DNA of 64,000 bases from positions 1 to 64,000 of the forward strand of contig DAHWNL010000051.1 in the NCBI GenBank assembly GCA_027339965.1, written 5' to 3'. A program made the position numbers and the translations under genes. Below are positions 1 to 8,537 of the stretch, piece by piece. The DNA is from Granulicella sp. Its GTDB lineage: Bacteria > Acidobacteriota > Terriglobia > Terriglobales > Acidobacteriaceae. Position 1 is the first letter of the stretch. Each line of letters starts with the position of its first letter. The notes beneath the pieces are model-generated. The model was not told where the DNA came from. It saw only the letters and a program-made list of their open reading frames with translations, and searched no databases.

Positions 1-2
1 GC

Positions 3-1694
3 ATGAGGCGCGCGGAGCGGCAGGTCGTCGTCGTCGGTTCAGGCATCGCCGGACTGATTGCAGCCCTGGAGCTGAGCCGGGGCTACCACGTCACCCTGGT
101 CACCAAGGCGCTGCTGGCGGACTCCAATACCCGCTGGGCGCAGGGAGGGATTGCGGCGGCTGTGTTTGCGGACGACTCCGCGGCCAGCCACGTGGAAGAT
201 ACGCTGGCGGCCGGGGCGGGTTTGTGCGATGCGGAGGCTGTACGGGTGCTCTGCGGCGAGGGCCCGGAGCGGATCCGCGATCTGATCCGGCTGGGCGTGC
301 GCTTTGACCAGACGGCCAGCGGGGAGCTGGCCCGCGGACTGGAGGCGGCGCACTCGACGGCCCGTATTCTGCACGCTGGAGGCGACGCTACGGGGCTCTC
401 CATTGAGACGGCGCTGGTGCATGCGGTGCGCGCGACGCGCAGCGTGGAGGTGCTGGAAAACACCTTTGCCCTGGATCTGGTGGTGAAGGATGGCGTGGCC
501 GCGGGGCTGCAGGTCGTCGGCCCCCAGGGCATCCGGCGCACTTTGGAGGCTGCGGCCATCGTGCTGGCCTCCGGCGGGGCCGGTGAGATGTATCTGCACA
601 CCACCAACCCCAGCGTGGCCACCGGGGACGGCCTGGCCATGGCGCTGCGGGCCGGCGCGCAGCTCGCCGACGTTGAGTTCTACCAGTTCCATCCGACGGC
701 TCTGGCGGCGGCTGAGGCTGAGGCGGTAAGACCAGCTCCTTTTCTGGTCTCCGAGGCGGTGCGCGGGGAGGGCGCTGTGCTGCTGGACCTGTACGGGCAG
801 CGCTTTATGCAGAAGGTTCACCCAGCGGCGGAGCTGGCTCCGCGCGATGTGGTGGCGCGCGGCATTGCCCGGCAGATGGCGCTACAGGGCGGAGCTCCGG
901 TGCTGCTGGACGTCCGCGGGCTATGTCCGCGCGAGGAGCTGGCGGCGTTCCTGGCGCGGCGGTTTCCTTCCATCGACGCGGAGACGCGGGCGCGAGGTCT
1001 GGACTGGAGCCGGGAGCCGATTCCGGTGACCCCGGCGGCGCACTACTGGATGGGCGGCGTGCGCACGGACGTGCATGGCCGCACATCGATCCCCGGCCTG
1101 TACGCTGTGGGCGAGGTAGCCTGCACGGGAGTGCATGGGGCCAACCGGCTGGCGTCCAACTCGCTGCTGGAGAGCCTGACCTTCGCCTGGCGCTGCGCTC
1201 ATCTGCTGCTGAGCGAAGAGGCTGCGGGGAGGGCCGCGGGCGCGGGCGCGCGGCCAGAGACGATGCTTGCGGAAGCAAGCCTGCCGGCGGCCAAGCGGGC
1301 CGTAGGCGGAGGTGAACCGGTGAGCCGCCCTGAGCTGCAGCGGCTGATGTGGGCCAAGGCAGGGATTGAGCGCAGCCGGGAGGGCCTGGAGGAGGCTGCG
1401 CGACGGCTGAACGGCTGGCGTGGGGTGGACACAGGCGCGAAGAATGCCCGGTTGGAGGAGTTGGAGACGCGCAACCTGCTGGAGCTGGCCCGGGTGGTGG
1501 TCGGCGCGGCCTTGGCCCGGGAGGAGTCACGCGGCGCCCATTACCGCAGCGACTTTCCCACGCCCCGGCCGGAGTGGCAGCGCTCGCTGGTGTACTGCGC
1601 GTCGGCGCAGCCCTCGCGGCGGAGCGGGTCGCAGCCGACCCAGCCTGGCGCGGCGACAGGGCGTGAGCCGTCGGGCGAGACCGTGCCATGCTGA
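3..1694 (+). CDS. nadB: L-aspartate oxidase
   Basis: GSGIAG FAD motif, SNTRWAQGGIAA, QFHPT, HYWMGG and TGVHGANRLASNSLLE motifs; overlaps nadC. Confidence 0.95.
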   Translation: MRRAERQVVVVGSGIAGLIAALELSRGYHVTLVTKALLADSNTRWAQGGIAAAVFADDSAASHVEDTLAAGAGLCDAEAVRVLCGEGPERIRDLIRLGVRFDQTASGELARGLEAAHSTARILHAGGDATGLSIETALVHAVRATRSVEVLENTFALDLVVKDGVAAGLQVVGPQGIRRTLEAAAIVLASGGAGEMYLHTTNPSVATGDGLAMALRAGAQLADVEFYQFHPTALAAAEAEAVRPAPFLVSEAVRGEGAVLLDLYGQRFMQKVHPAAELAPRDVVARGIARQMALQGGAPVLLDVRGLCPREELAAFLARRFPSIDAETRARGLDWSREPIPVTPAAHYWMGGVRTDVHGRTSIPGLYAVGEVACTGVHGANRLASNSLLESLTFAWRCAHLLLSEEAAGRAAGAGARPETMLAEASLPAAKRAVGGGEPVSRPELQRLMWAKAGIERSREGLEEAARRLNGWRGVDTGAKNARLEELETRNLLELARVVVGAALAREESRGAHYRSDFPTPRPEWQRSLVYCASAQPSRRSGSQPTQPGAATGREPSGETVPC

Positions 1695-2554
1695 TGAAGC
1701 CCAGCCGCGCCGCAGTGGAAGCGATCGTGCGCATGGCTCTGGAGGAGGACGCTCCGTGGGGGGATCTGACCTCGCAGACGCTGCTGCCGGCCACGGCAAC
1801 GGTGAGCGCCCGGCTGGCCGCGCGCGAGCCAGGGGTGCTCTGCGGCGAAGACCTGGTGGAGGCGGCGTTTCGGCTGACCGACGCCGCGGTGACGATTCGC
1901 TTTGAGCGGCACGACGGCGAAAGGTTTTCTGCCGGGGAGACGCTGGCTACGCTGCACGGCCCGGCGCGTGGCGTGCTGCAGGCCGAGCGGGTGGCGCTGA
2001 ACTTTGCCCAGAGGCTATGTGGCGTGGCCACGCTGACGGCGGCTTATGTGCGCCAGACGGAAGGGACGCGGGCGCGCATCACGGACACGCGCAAGACGAC
2101 TCCGGGGCTGCGCCTGTTGGAGCGCTACGCCGTCCGCTGCGGCGGCGGGCAGAACCACCGCTTCTCTCTGTCGGACGCGGTGATGGCCAAGGACAACCAC
2201 TTGGCCCTGCTGGCGACGGCGCTGCCGGAGGCTCTGCGCGCGGCGCGCGCGGCGCTGCCGCACACCACCGCCATCGAGGTGGAGATTGACCGGCTGGAGC
2301 AGCTTGCGGCGCTGGAGCCGCTGCTGGGCGCGGTGGTTCATACCGTTCTGCTGGACAACTTCCCGCTGGACGACCTGCGCGCCGCCGTGGAGCGCATTGC
2401 GGGCCGCGCCCTGACGGAGGCCAGCGGCGGCGTCACGCTGGAGAGCGTGGCGGCGATCGCCGCGACCGGGGTGGACATTGTCTCTGTGGGCGCGCTGACG
2501 CACAGCGCTCGCGCGCTGGATCTGGGGTTGGATATTGCGGTGGGCGCGGGCTGA
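1688..2554 (+). CDS. nadC: Nicotinate-nucleotide diphosphorylase (quinolinate phosphoribosyltransferase)
   Basis: DTRKTTPGLR, NHRFSLSD, KDNH, EVEID, LLDN, EASGG and SVGALTHS motifs; start may be 1694. Confidence 0.95.
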   Translation: MLMKPSRAAVEAIVRMALEEDAPWGDLTSQTLLPATATVSARLAAREPGVLCGEDLVEAAFRLTDAAVTIRFERHDGERFSAGETLATLHGPARGVLQAERVALNFAQRLCGVATLTAAYVRQTEGTRARITDTRKTTPGLRLLERYAVRCGGGQNHRFSLSDAVMAKDNHLALLATALPEALRAARAALPHTTAIEVEIDRLEQLAALEPLLGAVVHTVLLDNFPLDDLRAAVERIAGRALTEASGGVTLESVAAIAATGVDIVSVGALTHSARALDLGLDIAVGAG

Positions 2555-2837
2555 GGCTCTGCGTTCGGCCAGAAGGCAGGCGCGGGCTTGGCCGCAATCC
2601 GTGAAGACTGCGATACTAAAAACTGAAGGAAGATGAGTTTGAACGATCTTCCGATTGAGGAAAATTGAGCTTCAGCGGCCATCCGATTGAGGCAAATCGA
2701 GTTCGAAAGATCTTTCGATGGAGAGAACTCCGTTGCAGCGATCTCCAAGCGGAGCTTCTTTCGGTGGAACCGTTCTTCTCGGCCCCACTGATTCCTGCTG
2801 ATCCGCTTGCTGCAGACCTTGGTCCGGCTGGTTGGCG

Positions 2838-2992
2838 CTTTTGATCTGCTGAGCTTGGTTGTCGATTTGATCTGCTGAGCTTCCGTCTCTTGGGGCCGGC
2901 TGAGCTTGGCTTTTGTTGACTTGTGTCGTTTGATTTCCGTTGATGTGTTTGGTTTGATCTCTGTTGGCCTGCTTTGTTTGATTTCTGTTGAA
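2838..2992. repeat. Degenerate ~24-26-bp tandem repeats (TTTGATYT.. / CTGAGCTT units)
   Basis: TTTGATCTGCTGAGCTT twice, then TTTGATTTCCGTTGA, TTTGATCTCTGTTGG and TTTGATTTCTGTTGA about 24-25 bp apart. Confidence 0.7.
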
Positions 2993-3000
2993 GTTTCTAT

Positions 3001-4263
3001 ATGCCAATCGTCCGCGAAACTTTCGAACATACCCTGCGCAGCGCCCGGACCTCGGTCTCGTTTCGCGAGACGGCCAACCTGGCCTACGACAGTTTTCGCG
3101 CCAGCAAGGCCCGCTTTCTGCTGACCATGCTGGGCATGGTGATTGGCTCTGCCTCCATTGTGCTGGTGGCCACGGTGGGACTTACTGGCAAGCAATACGC
3201 CCTGGACACCATCTCCTCGCTTGGGCCCAACAAGGTGGAGATGCAGTACACGGGCGGCTTTGTGATGGGACCGGACAACATCTCCACTCCCGACTACATG
3301 ACGATCCAGGACATGCAGGCGGTGGACCAGCAGGTTCCGGGAATTCGCTACAGCTCTCCCATGCTGGAGTTTCACGACCGCATCGCGATCGGCAACGGCA
3401 TCAGCCGGGACGCCATGCTGCTGGGGGTGAGCCCGGAGTACAAGGATATACGCGGCCTGAAGATGAAGGCGGGGCGGTTCTTCGATCAGGAGGATGCGAT
3501 CAACCACGCCAAGGTGGCCGACATCGTCGGCGTCATGGCCTTGGAGTTGTACGGAAACTATCACGACGCCATCGGTCACACTATCTCCATCCACGGAATT
3601 CCCTTCACCATCATCAGGGTCTTTGTGGAGAGCATCGACACCTTTGGGCAGTCGGAGATCAACAACCACACCCTGCTGGTGCCTTATGAGGTGGCCCGCT
3701 ACTTTACCGGCAGCAACGATCTGAAAGAGATCTTCTTCGCCATGGAGAATCGCCAGGACGTGGAACCGGCCGCGAAGCGCATCACGGCCCTGATCGCCAG
3801 CCGGCATCGCCCCACCAGCGAGTACACAGCCCAGACCCTGACCGATGTGCTGAATACGATGCGGAACATCGCCAACATGCTGACCACGGTGCTGATTCTG
3901 GCCTCTGCGATCACGCTGATCGTCTCCGGGGTGGGCATTATGAACTCGATGCTGGCCAACGTGCAGGCGCGGATCAAGGAGATCGGCATCCGCAAGGCGC
4001 TGGGCGCAACCAGCCGCGAGATTCGGCTCCAGTTCCTCACCGAGGCCATCTTTCTTTCGCTCTCCGGCGGGCTGGTGGGCACCATTCTGGGCATCGCTCT
4101 TCCCATCAGCGTTGGCCTGTTCACGCCCTTCGCGGTTCCGGTCTCTTACTGGGCCGCGGTCATCTCGCTGGCCACTTCCGTGCTGGTGGGCGTCGTCTTT
4201 GGCACGCTGCCGGCCAACCGCGCCGCGATGCTGGATCCGGTGATCACGCTCAAGTACGAGTAA
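3001..4263 (+). CDS. ABC transporter permease, MacB/FtsX family
   Basis: LTMLGMVIG TM1, periplasmic domain, GVGIMNSML..RIKEIGIRKALGA, LDPVITLKYE end. Confidence 0.92.
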   Translation: MPIVRETFEHTLRSARTSVSFRETANLAYDSFRASKARFLLTMLGMVIGSASIVLVATVGLTGKQYALDTISSLGPNKVEMQYTGGFVMGPDNISTPDYMTIQDMQAVDQQVPGIRYSSPMLEFHDRIAIGNGISRDAMLLGVSPEYKDIRGLKMKAGRFFDQEDAINHAKVADIVGVMALELYGNYHDAIGHTISIHGIPFTIIRVFVESIDTFGQSEINNHTLLVPYEVARYFTGSNDLKEIFFAMENRQDVEPAAKRITALIASRHRPTSEYTAQTLTDVLNTMRNIANMLTTVLILASAITLIVSGVGIMNSMLANVQARIKEIGIRKALGATSREIRLQFLTEAIFLSLSGGLVGTILGIALPISVGLFTPFAVPVSYWAAVISLATSVLVGVVFGTLPANRAAMLDPVITLKYE

Positions 4264-4331
4264 AAGCCCGAAGCCGCGCGCCGCCGCGGGATTCTCCGCA
4301 TCACCATGGGGGGCAGGAATCAGGGCCGCCT

Positions 4332-5702
4332 CTATACTGCCCGCATCTGGACAGAGTCAAAGAGTCCGTTCAGCAGCGATTCGCGCTCATAGGCGCAGAA
4401 CTCTCCCACGGTTTCAATCGAGCCGGTCTCATACAGGTCGCGGGCCCGGCAGGCTCCGCCGCAGAGGTAACGCACGGCGCAGCGGGAGCACTTGCCCAGG
4501 GTGTCCACGTTGATGGAGCGCAGGCGGCGGAAGACCGCTGTGTGGGCATAGATCTCTTCCAGGGGCTGCCGGCGGATGTTGCCGGCGCGGAAGGAGTCGC
4601 CGTGGAGGAGCTGGCATGGGTAGACGTCGCCGGTTTCGCTGATGCTGATCTCGCGCTCCGCCATGGAGCAGCGCCGCACGCCGTGGCCACGCAGGCTGGC
4701 CAGGCGCTGGGGCAGATTGCCCATGGGCGCTACGCCGCCAGTCCGGGTCAGCGCTCGGTAGTACTCGATGCCGCTCAGGGCCGAGCGCTGCAAAGCGCTT
4801 CCCCTGCCCGCCTTGAAGAGCGGCTGGAGCGAGAGCCTGGACCCGTGCCGGGCCACCATGACATCAATCTCGCCGCGGTTCTCCCGGGTGACCGTCATCG
4901 CCACCGTGACCCGCGCTCCGTGTTCTTCGAGCAAGCGAACGGCGCGCTCGGCGCGGTTAAAGTTCCCGCTGCCGCGCGTGGCGGCGTGGGTCGGCTCGCA
5001 GCTCCCATCCAGGCTGATCTTCACTCGATCTGTCACCGCCGCAATCCGCGCCGCGTTTCGCTCGTCGATCAGGGTTCCGTTGGTCAGCAGATGCACTTGA
5101 TTGCCCGACGCTTTGACCTGCTCGGCAAAGTCCAGGGCGTGGGGATGGAGCAGAGGCTCGCCGCCGGAGAGAACGTACTCCACGGGCGAGGCCAGGCGAG
5201 CCACGCCGGCGGCGATCGCGTCCAAATCCTGGCGGGTGAGCATCTCCTCCGCCTGCGACGCCGCGGCGCTGCTCTGGGTATAGCAGTAGACGCAGCGCAG
5301 GTTGCAGCGCTGGGTCAGTTTGAGGTGAACAATACGCAGTGCAGCAGAGGACGGCGCTGTCCGCGCTGCCGGAGAGGGCAAGGGCAATCGCGCAAGGCCG
5401 TGGTTCTCGGACAGAGTTTGCCCAGCGGCCCCGGCATCGGCATCTTCGAGCACCTGCCGAGCCAAGGCTTCCGTGAACAAGACCGCAGCCGACTCCCACT
5501 GCGCCTCATCCCCCGGGCCGAGGATCTCCTCCATGGTGGAGCCGGCGCAACGCGAGAGCAGAATGGCGGCGTTTTCATTCACCACCATCCAGTCCGGCGC
5601 GGCGGGCTGCAGGAACAGATGCTGGCTGTCACGCTTGGCGTAGAAGACGCCGGGAGCCAACTTCAGCCGATGTTGCCGATGTTGCAACACAACCTCTAGC
5701 AT
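4332..5702 (-). CDS. Radical SAM/SPASM peptide maturase with N-terminal RRE (PqqD-like) region
   Basis: CNLRCVYC, SGGEP, LTNGT, ISLDG; SPASM C..GDVYPC..CSRCAVRYLCGGAC..C (7 Cys). The ~90-aa N-terminus has a strand-then-helix pattern like an RRE (inferred). Start could be GTG 5690 or TTG 5687. Confidence 0.88.
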   Translation of the reverse strand: MLEVVLQHRQHRLKLAPGVFYAKRDSQHLFLQPAAPDWMVVNENAAILLSRCAGSTMEEILGPGDEAQWESAAVLFTEALARQVLEDADAGAAGQTLSENHGLARLPLPSPAARTAPSSAALRIVHLKLTQRCNLRCVYCYTQSSAAASQAEEMLTRQDLDAIAAGVARLASPVEYVLSGGEPLLHPHALDFAEQVKASGNQVHLLTNGTLIDERNAARIAAVTDRVKISLDGSCEPTHAATRGSGNFNRAERAVRLLEEHGARVTVAMTVTRENRGEIDVMVARHGSRLSLQPLFKAGRGSALQRSALSGIEYYRALTRTGGVAPMGNLPQRLASLRGHGVRRCSMAEREISISETGDVYPCQLLHGDSFRAGNIRRQPLEEIYAHTAVFRRLRSINVDTLGKCSRCAVRYLCGGACRARDLYETGSIETVGEFCAYERESLLNGLFDSVQMRAV

Positions 5703-5807
5703 TTTCAGTGTTGATGGGTGGCCCGAAGAGGGCGTGCAGTGGCGTTTTCATTGGGGAAAACGCCCATAGAAGTCGAGGCTTTGGGTGCACCTGCACTGAA
5801 ACTGCTT
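5697..5807 (-). mobile_element. 111-bp MITE, copy 1
   Basis: Imperfect TIRs TAGCATTTTCAGTG / CACTGAAACTGCTT, internal GGCGTTTTC-N6-GAAAACGCC hairpin, near-identical to three other copies. Confidence 0.85.
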
Positions 5808-6319
5808 TAGCGCCCTGCGCACTCTCCGCCGCCACAACTGCCGTGGCCGGAGGCGTGCTTCCCTTCCCTGCCGCCGCAGCAGCCATGGCCGCCGCGGTGT
5901 TTCTGGTGGTCATGGCCGCCGCAGTCGCCGCCTGACCCGCAGTGTCCGTGTGCGGAGCCGGCATGTTGGCCTCCCTGGCCGCAGCAGCTATGGCTGGAGC
6001 CGTGCTTCTCTTCGCCTGCGCATCCGTGCCCGCTGCAGTCGGCGCCAGCCCCGCTGTGCCCCCGGGCGGGGCCGAGGCAGTCTTCTCCGGAGCCACACGC
6101 TCCACTTGCGCTGGCGCATTTTACTGCGCCAGTGCTCCCAGTGGCCTGGGCCGAGAACGGGGTGGAGGGCAAGTCTGGCGCCTGTCGGCCCATCCATATC
6201 CCCTGCTGCCGGGCCAGGGGCAAACGACGTAGCTGGCTCAACCCATCCGCGGCAGACCACAGCAGGGTCTGCCCATCAGCCAGGCGATTGTCGGCACTCG
6301 ACTCCATTGCATTCAACAT
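5807..6319 (-). CDS. Cys/His/Gly-rich protein, putative RiPP precursor or metal-binding peptide
   Basis: Strong SD (GAAGGAGAGG) before the ATG; 67-aa Cys-free N-terminus, then a region with 13 Cys and 13 His; directly upstream of and co-oriented with the rSAM-SPASM gene. Confidence 0.75.
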   Translation of the reverse strand: MLNAMESSADNRLADGQTLLWSAADGLSQLRRLPLARQQGIWMGRQAPDLPSTPFSAQATGSTGAVKCASASGACGSGEDCLGPARGHSGAGADCSGHGCAGEEKHGSSHSCCGQGGQHAGSAHGHCGSGGDCGGHDHQKHRGGHGCCGGREGKHASGHGSCGGGECAGR

Positions 6320-6557
6320 GACCTCTCCTTCGTAGCCGTCTTCCGCGGGAACTCCCCAGGGAGGGTCCGGCCGGCATTTCCACCTGTCCGCAGGACAGAC
6401 GCAACTCCCTTTTACTGTTTATGGGGCGCTCCGGTAGGTGATGGTCATCACAGCCCAGCGAGATCCGATTCAGCGCCGGCCGCCCACTGCGCGCGAAGGC
6501 AGCGCAGCCAGCCCAGGCACGCCGGGGTGGGGCGCGCGGCAGGGTCTGCGCGGACCG

Positions 6558-7325
6558 CTAGTTCAGCACCAGAAGTTCAGGTCCGTGATTGCGGACATTA
6601 CCCAGGGCGGAGCTGCACGGCTGGATGCATAGCTCCGGCGGCGCGGCGGACCGCAACAGATGCAGCGGGGTAGGTTGGGAGGGATCGCGATCCAGCCACT
6701 GCTCCCAGTCCTTCTCGGGGAGGATCAGCGGCATGCGTGAGTGGATGGCGGCCATGGCCGCATTGGCCTCGGTGGTGATCAGGGCGAAGCTCTGCAGCCA
6801 GCGATCCACCTCCTGCGGAGAACGCTTGGGCTCCTTCCATGCGTCCCACAGCCCGGCGATGGCCATCATGGCTCCGCCCGGCAAACTGACAGCGTAGGGC
6901 TGCCGCACCTTTCTGGCCGCGCGCTGGCGCGAGGGCGCAGGCGGGGAGGCGGAGACGTGAAGCGCTCCCAGAGATGGCGAGGCGGGCCTCTCTGACCACT
7001 CGTAAAAGCCGTCGGCCGGAATCAGACAGCGGCGGCGCTTGAAAGACTCTCGCCAGGTGGCCGAGGTGGTGAGCGACTCGGCCCGCGCATTGAAGGTGGA
7101 GATTTGTTTGAATTCCCGCAGGCTGGAGGCGAAGGAGGGAATCAAGCCCCAGCGCAGCAGCGCCAGCTCGCGTTCGCCAGTATCCGTGGCGAGGCGAATG
7201 ACAGGCTGAAAAGTGCTGGGAGCGATGTTGTAGTCCTCCACCAGCGGATCCGCAAAGACCTTGCCAGCGCGAAAACGCTCCGCGATCTCCTGTTTGTCGG
7301 ATCTGCGAAAGTAACGGCCACACAT
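6558..7325 (-). CDS. SOS response-associated peptidase (SRAP/YedK/HMCES family)
   Basis: N-terminal MCGRY, YNIAP, FNARAE, RRCLIPADGFYEW, HSRMP. Confidence 0.95.
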   Translation of the reverse strand: MCGRYFRRSDKQEIAERFRAGKVFADPLVEDYNIAPSTFQPVIRLATDTGERELALLRWGLIPSFASSLREFKQISTFNARAESLTTSATWRESFKRRRCLIPADGFYEWSERPASPSLGALHVSASPPAPSRQRAARKVRQPYAVSLPGGAMMAIAGLWDAWKEPKRSPQEVDRWLQSFALITTEANAAMAAIHSRMPLILPEKDWEQWLDRDPSQPTPLHLLRSAAPPELCIQPCSSALGNVRNHGPELLVLN

Positions 7326-7544
7326 GCTATCAGGTTAAAGCATTCGCAGCGTAGCGAGGACGCGACGCCGGTGCTCGACCAGAATCTGGCAGGGCAAGCT
7401 GGGGGGTTGGGGTGGTCAGGCTCCATGGGTTTCTGGCGGGCTGGCGCGGTGGGCGAGCACGTCCCCGAGCCGCCTTACCGTCGAAGAGACGGCAGCTTCG
7501 GCCGCGTCCCTCCGCAAGAGAACAGACCCAGGCAGTGGCGGAAG

Positions 7545-8513
7545 TCAATGGGCATGGGCGTGATCCTGCCCGTCGGGCCCGTGATGATGATGGGAGTGAC
7601 CATCCACCTCCACGGCCTCCGGCGGCGAGCTGCAGCCGTCCAGCGTCTGGCAGGCGGAGACCTCCAACTGGATGGTGGTGTGGTGGATGCCGAAGTGATC
7701 CCGGATCTGGTGGTTGATCCGCTCGAGCACCGCCTCCGTCTCGGAGAGATGCATCTGCTCCACCTGCACATGGCAGGCCATGGCGTGGCTGTGCGAGGTC
7801 AGGCTCCAGATATGGAGGTCGTGCACGTTCACCACGCCCTGAATCTGCTGCACGGCACAACGAAGCTCGGCCATGTCCACGCTGCGCGGAGTGCCTTCGA
7901 GCAGAATCTGGAGCGTCTCACGCACGATGCTCCAACTGCTGGCCAGGATCATGAGAGCGATGAGCAGGCTCAAGAGCGGATCGATCCATTCGATTCCGGA
8001 GAAGCTGATCGCCAAACCGCCGGCGATGACTGCGGCGGTGGAGATGGTATCGCCGAGCATGTGGAGAAAGACGCTGCGAATGTTGACGTCCCCGGAAGAC
8101 TTCCACAGCATGGCGGCGATGAGTCCATTCATGAGCACGCCGGCTGCGGCCACGGTGGTCATGAAGTGGGGCTGAACAATGACCGGGTGAAAAAATCGGC
8201 GCAGAGCCTCGGCGGCGATCCAGAGAGAGAGCGCCATGAGCAGCAGGGCGTTGACAAAGCCGGCCAGCACGCCGGCCCGCTGATAGCCGAACGTTCGCTC
8301 GTCCGTGGCGGGCCGCGACTGTAGCCACACGGCGACAAAGCTTAGCGCCAGGGCCAGAGCGTCCGAGGCGTTATGGACCGTCTCCGAGATCAGGGCCAGG
8401 GAGTGAGCGCGCAGGCCGAAGAAGAGCGTAGCGGCCACGTAGAGAACCGTGAGCAGGAGCGATCCCTTGAGGATCTGCTGCATCTTCGCCCTGGAGCTGG
8501 GGATGGCTGCCAT
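7545..8513 (-). CDS. Cation diffusion facilitator (CzcD/ZitB-like) with His-rich C-terminal tail
   Basis: HNASD (TM2), HMLGD (TM5), TFGYQR, VHDLHIW, HTTIQLE, tail HSHHHHGPDGQDHAHAH. Confidence 0.93.
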   Translation of the reverse strand: MAAIPSSRAKMQQILKGSLLLTVLYVAATLFFGLRAHSLALISETVHNASDALALALSFVAVWLQSRPATDERTFGYQRAGVLAGFVNALLLMALSLWIAAEALRRFFHPVIVQPHFMTTVAAAGVLMNGLIAAMLWKSSGDVNIRSVFLHMLGDTISTAAVIAGGLAISFSGIEWIDPLLSLLIALMILASSWSIVRETLQILLEGTPRSVDMAELRCAVQQIQGVVNVHDLHIWSLTSHSHAMACHVQVEQMHLSETEAVLERINHQIRDHFGIHHTTIQLEVSACQTLDGCSSPPEAVEVDGHSHHHHGPDGQDHAHAH

Positions 8514-8537
8514 GCTTTACAGTCTAGAGCCACGTGC

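Noticed and set aside
3001..4263. ABC permease as exporter of the candidate RiPP
   Set aside because: Convergent orientation, no ATPase or peptidase partner, and similar permeases occur elsewhere in the window; no evidence of linkage
5697..5807. Integron attC sites as explanation for the 111-bp repeat
   Set aside because: No RYYYAAC/GTTRRRY ends, copies are dispersed in both orientations, no integrase; TA flanks fit a MITE
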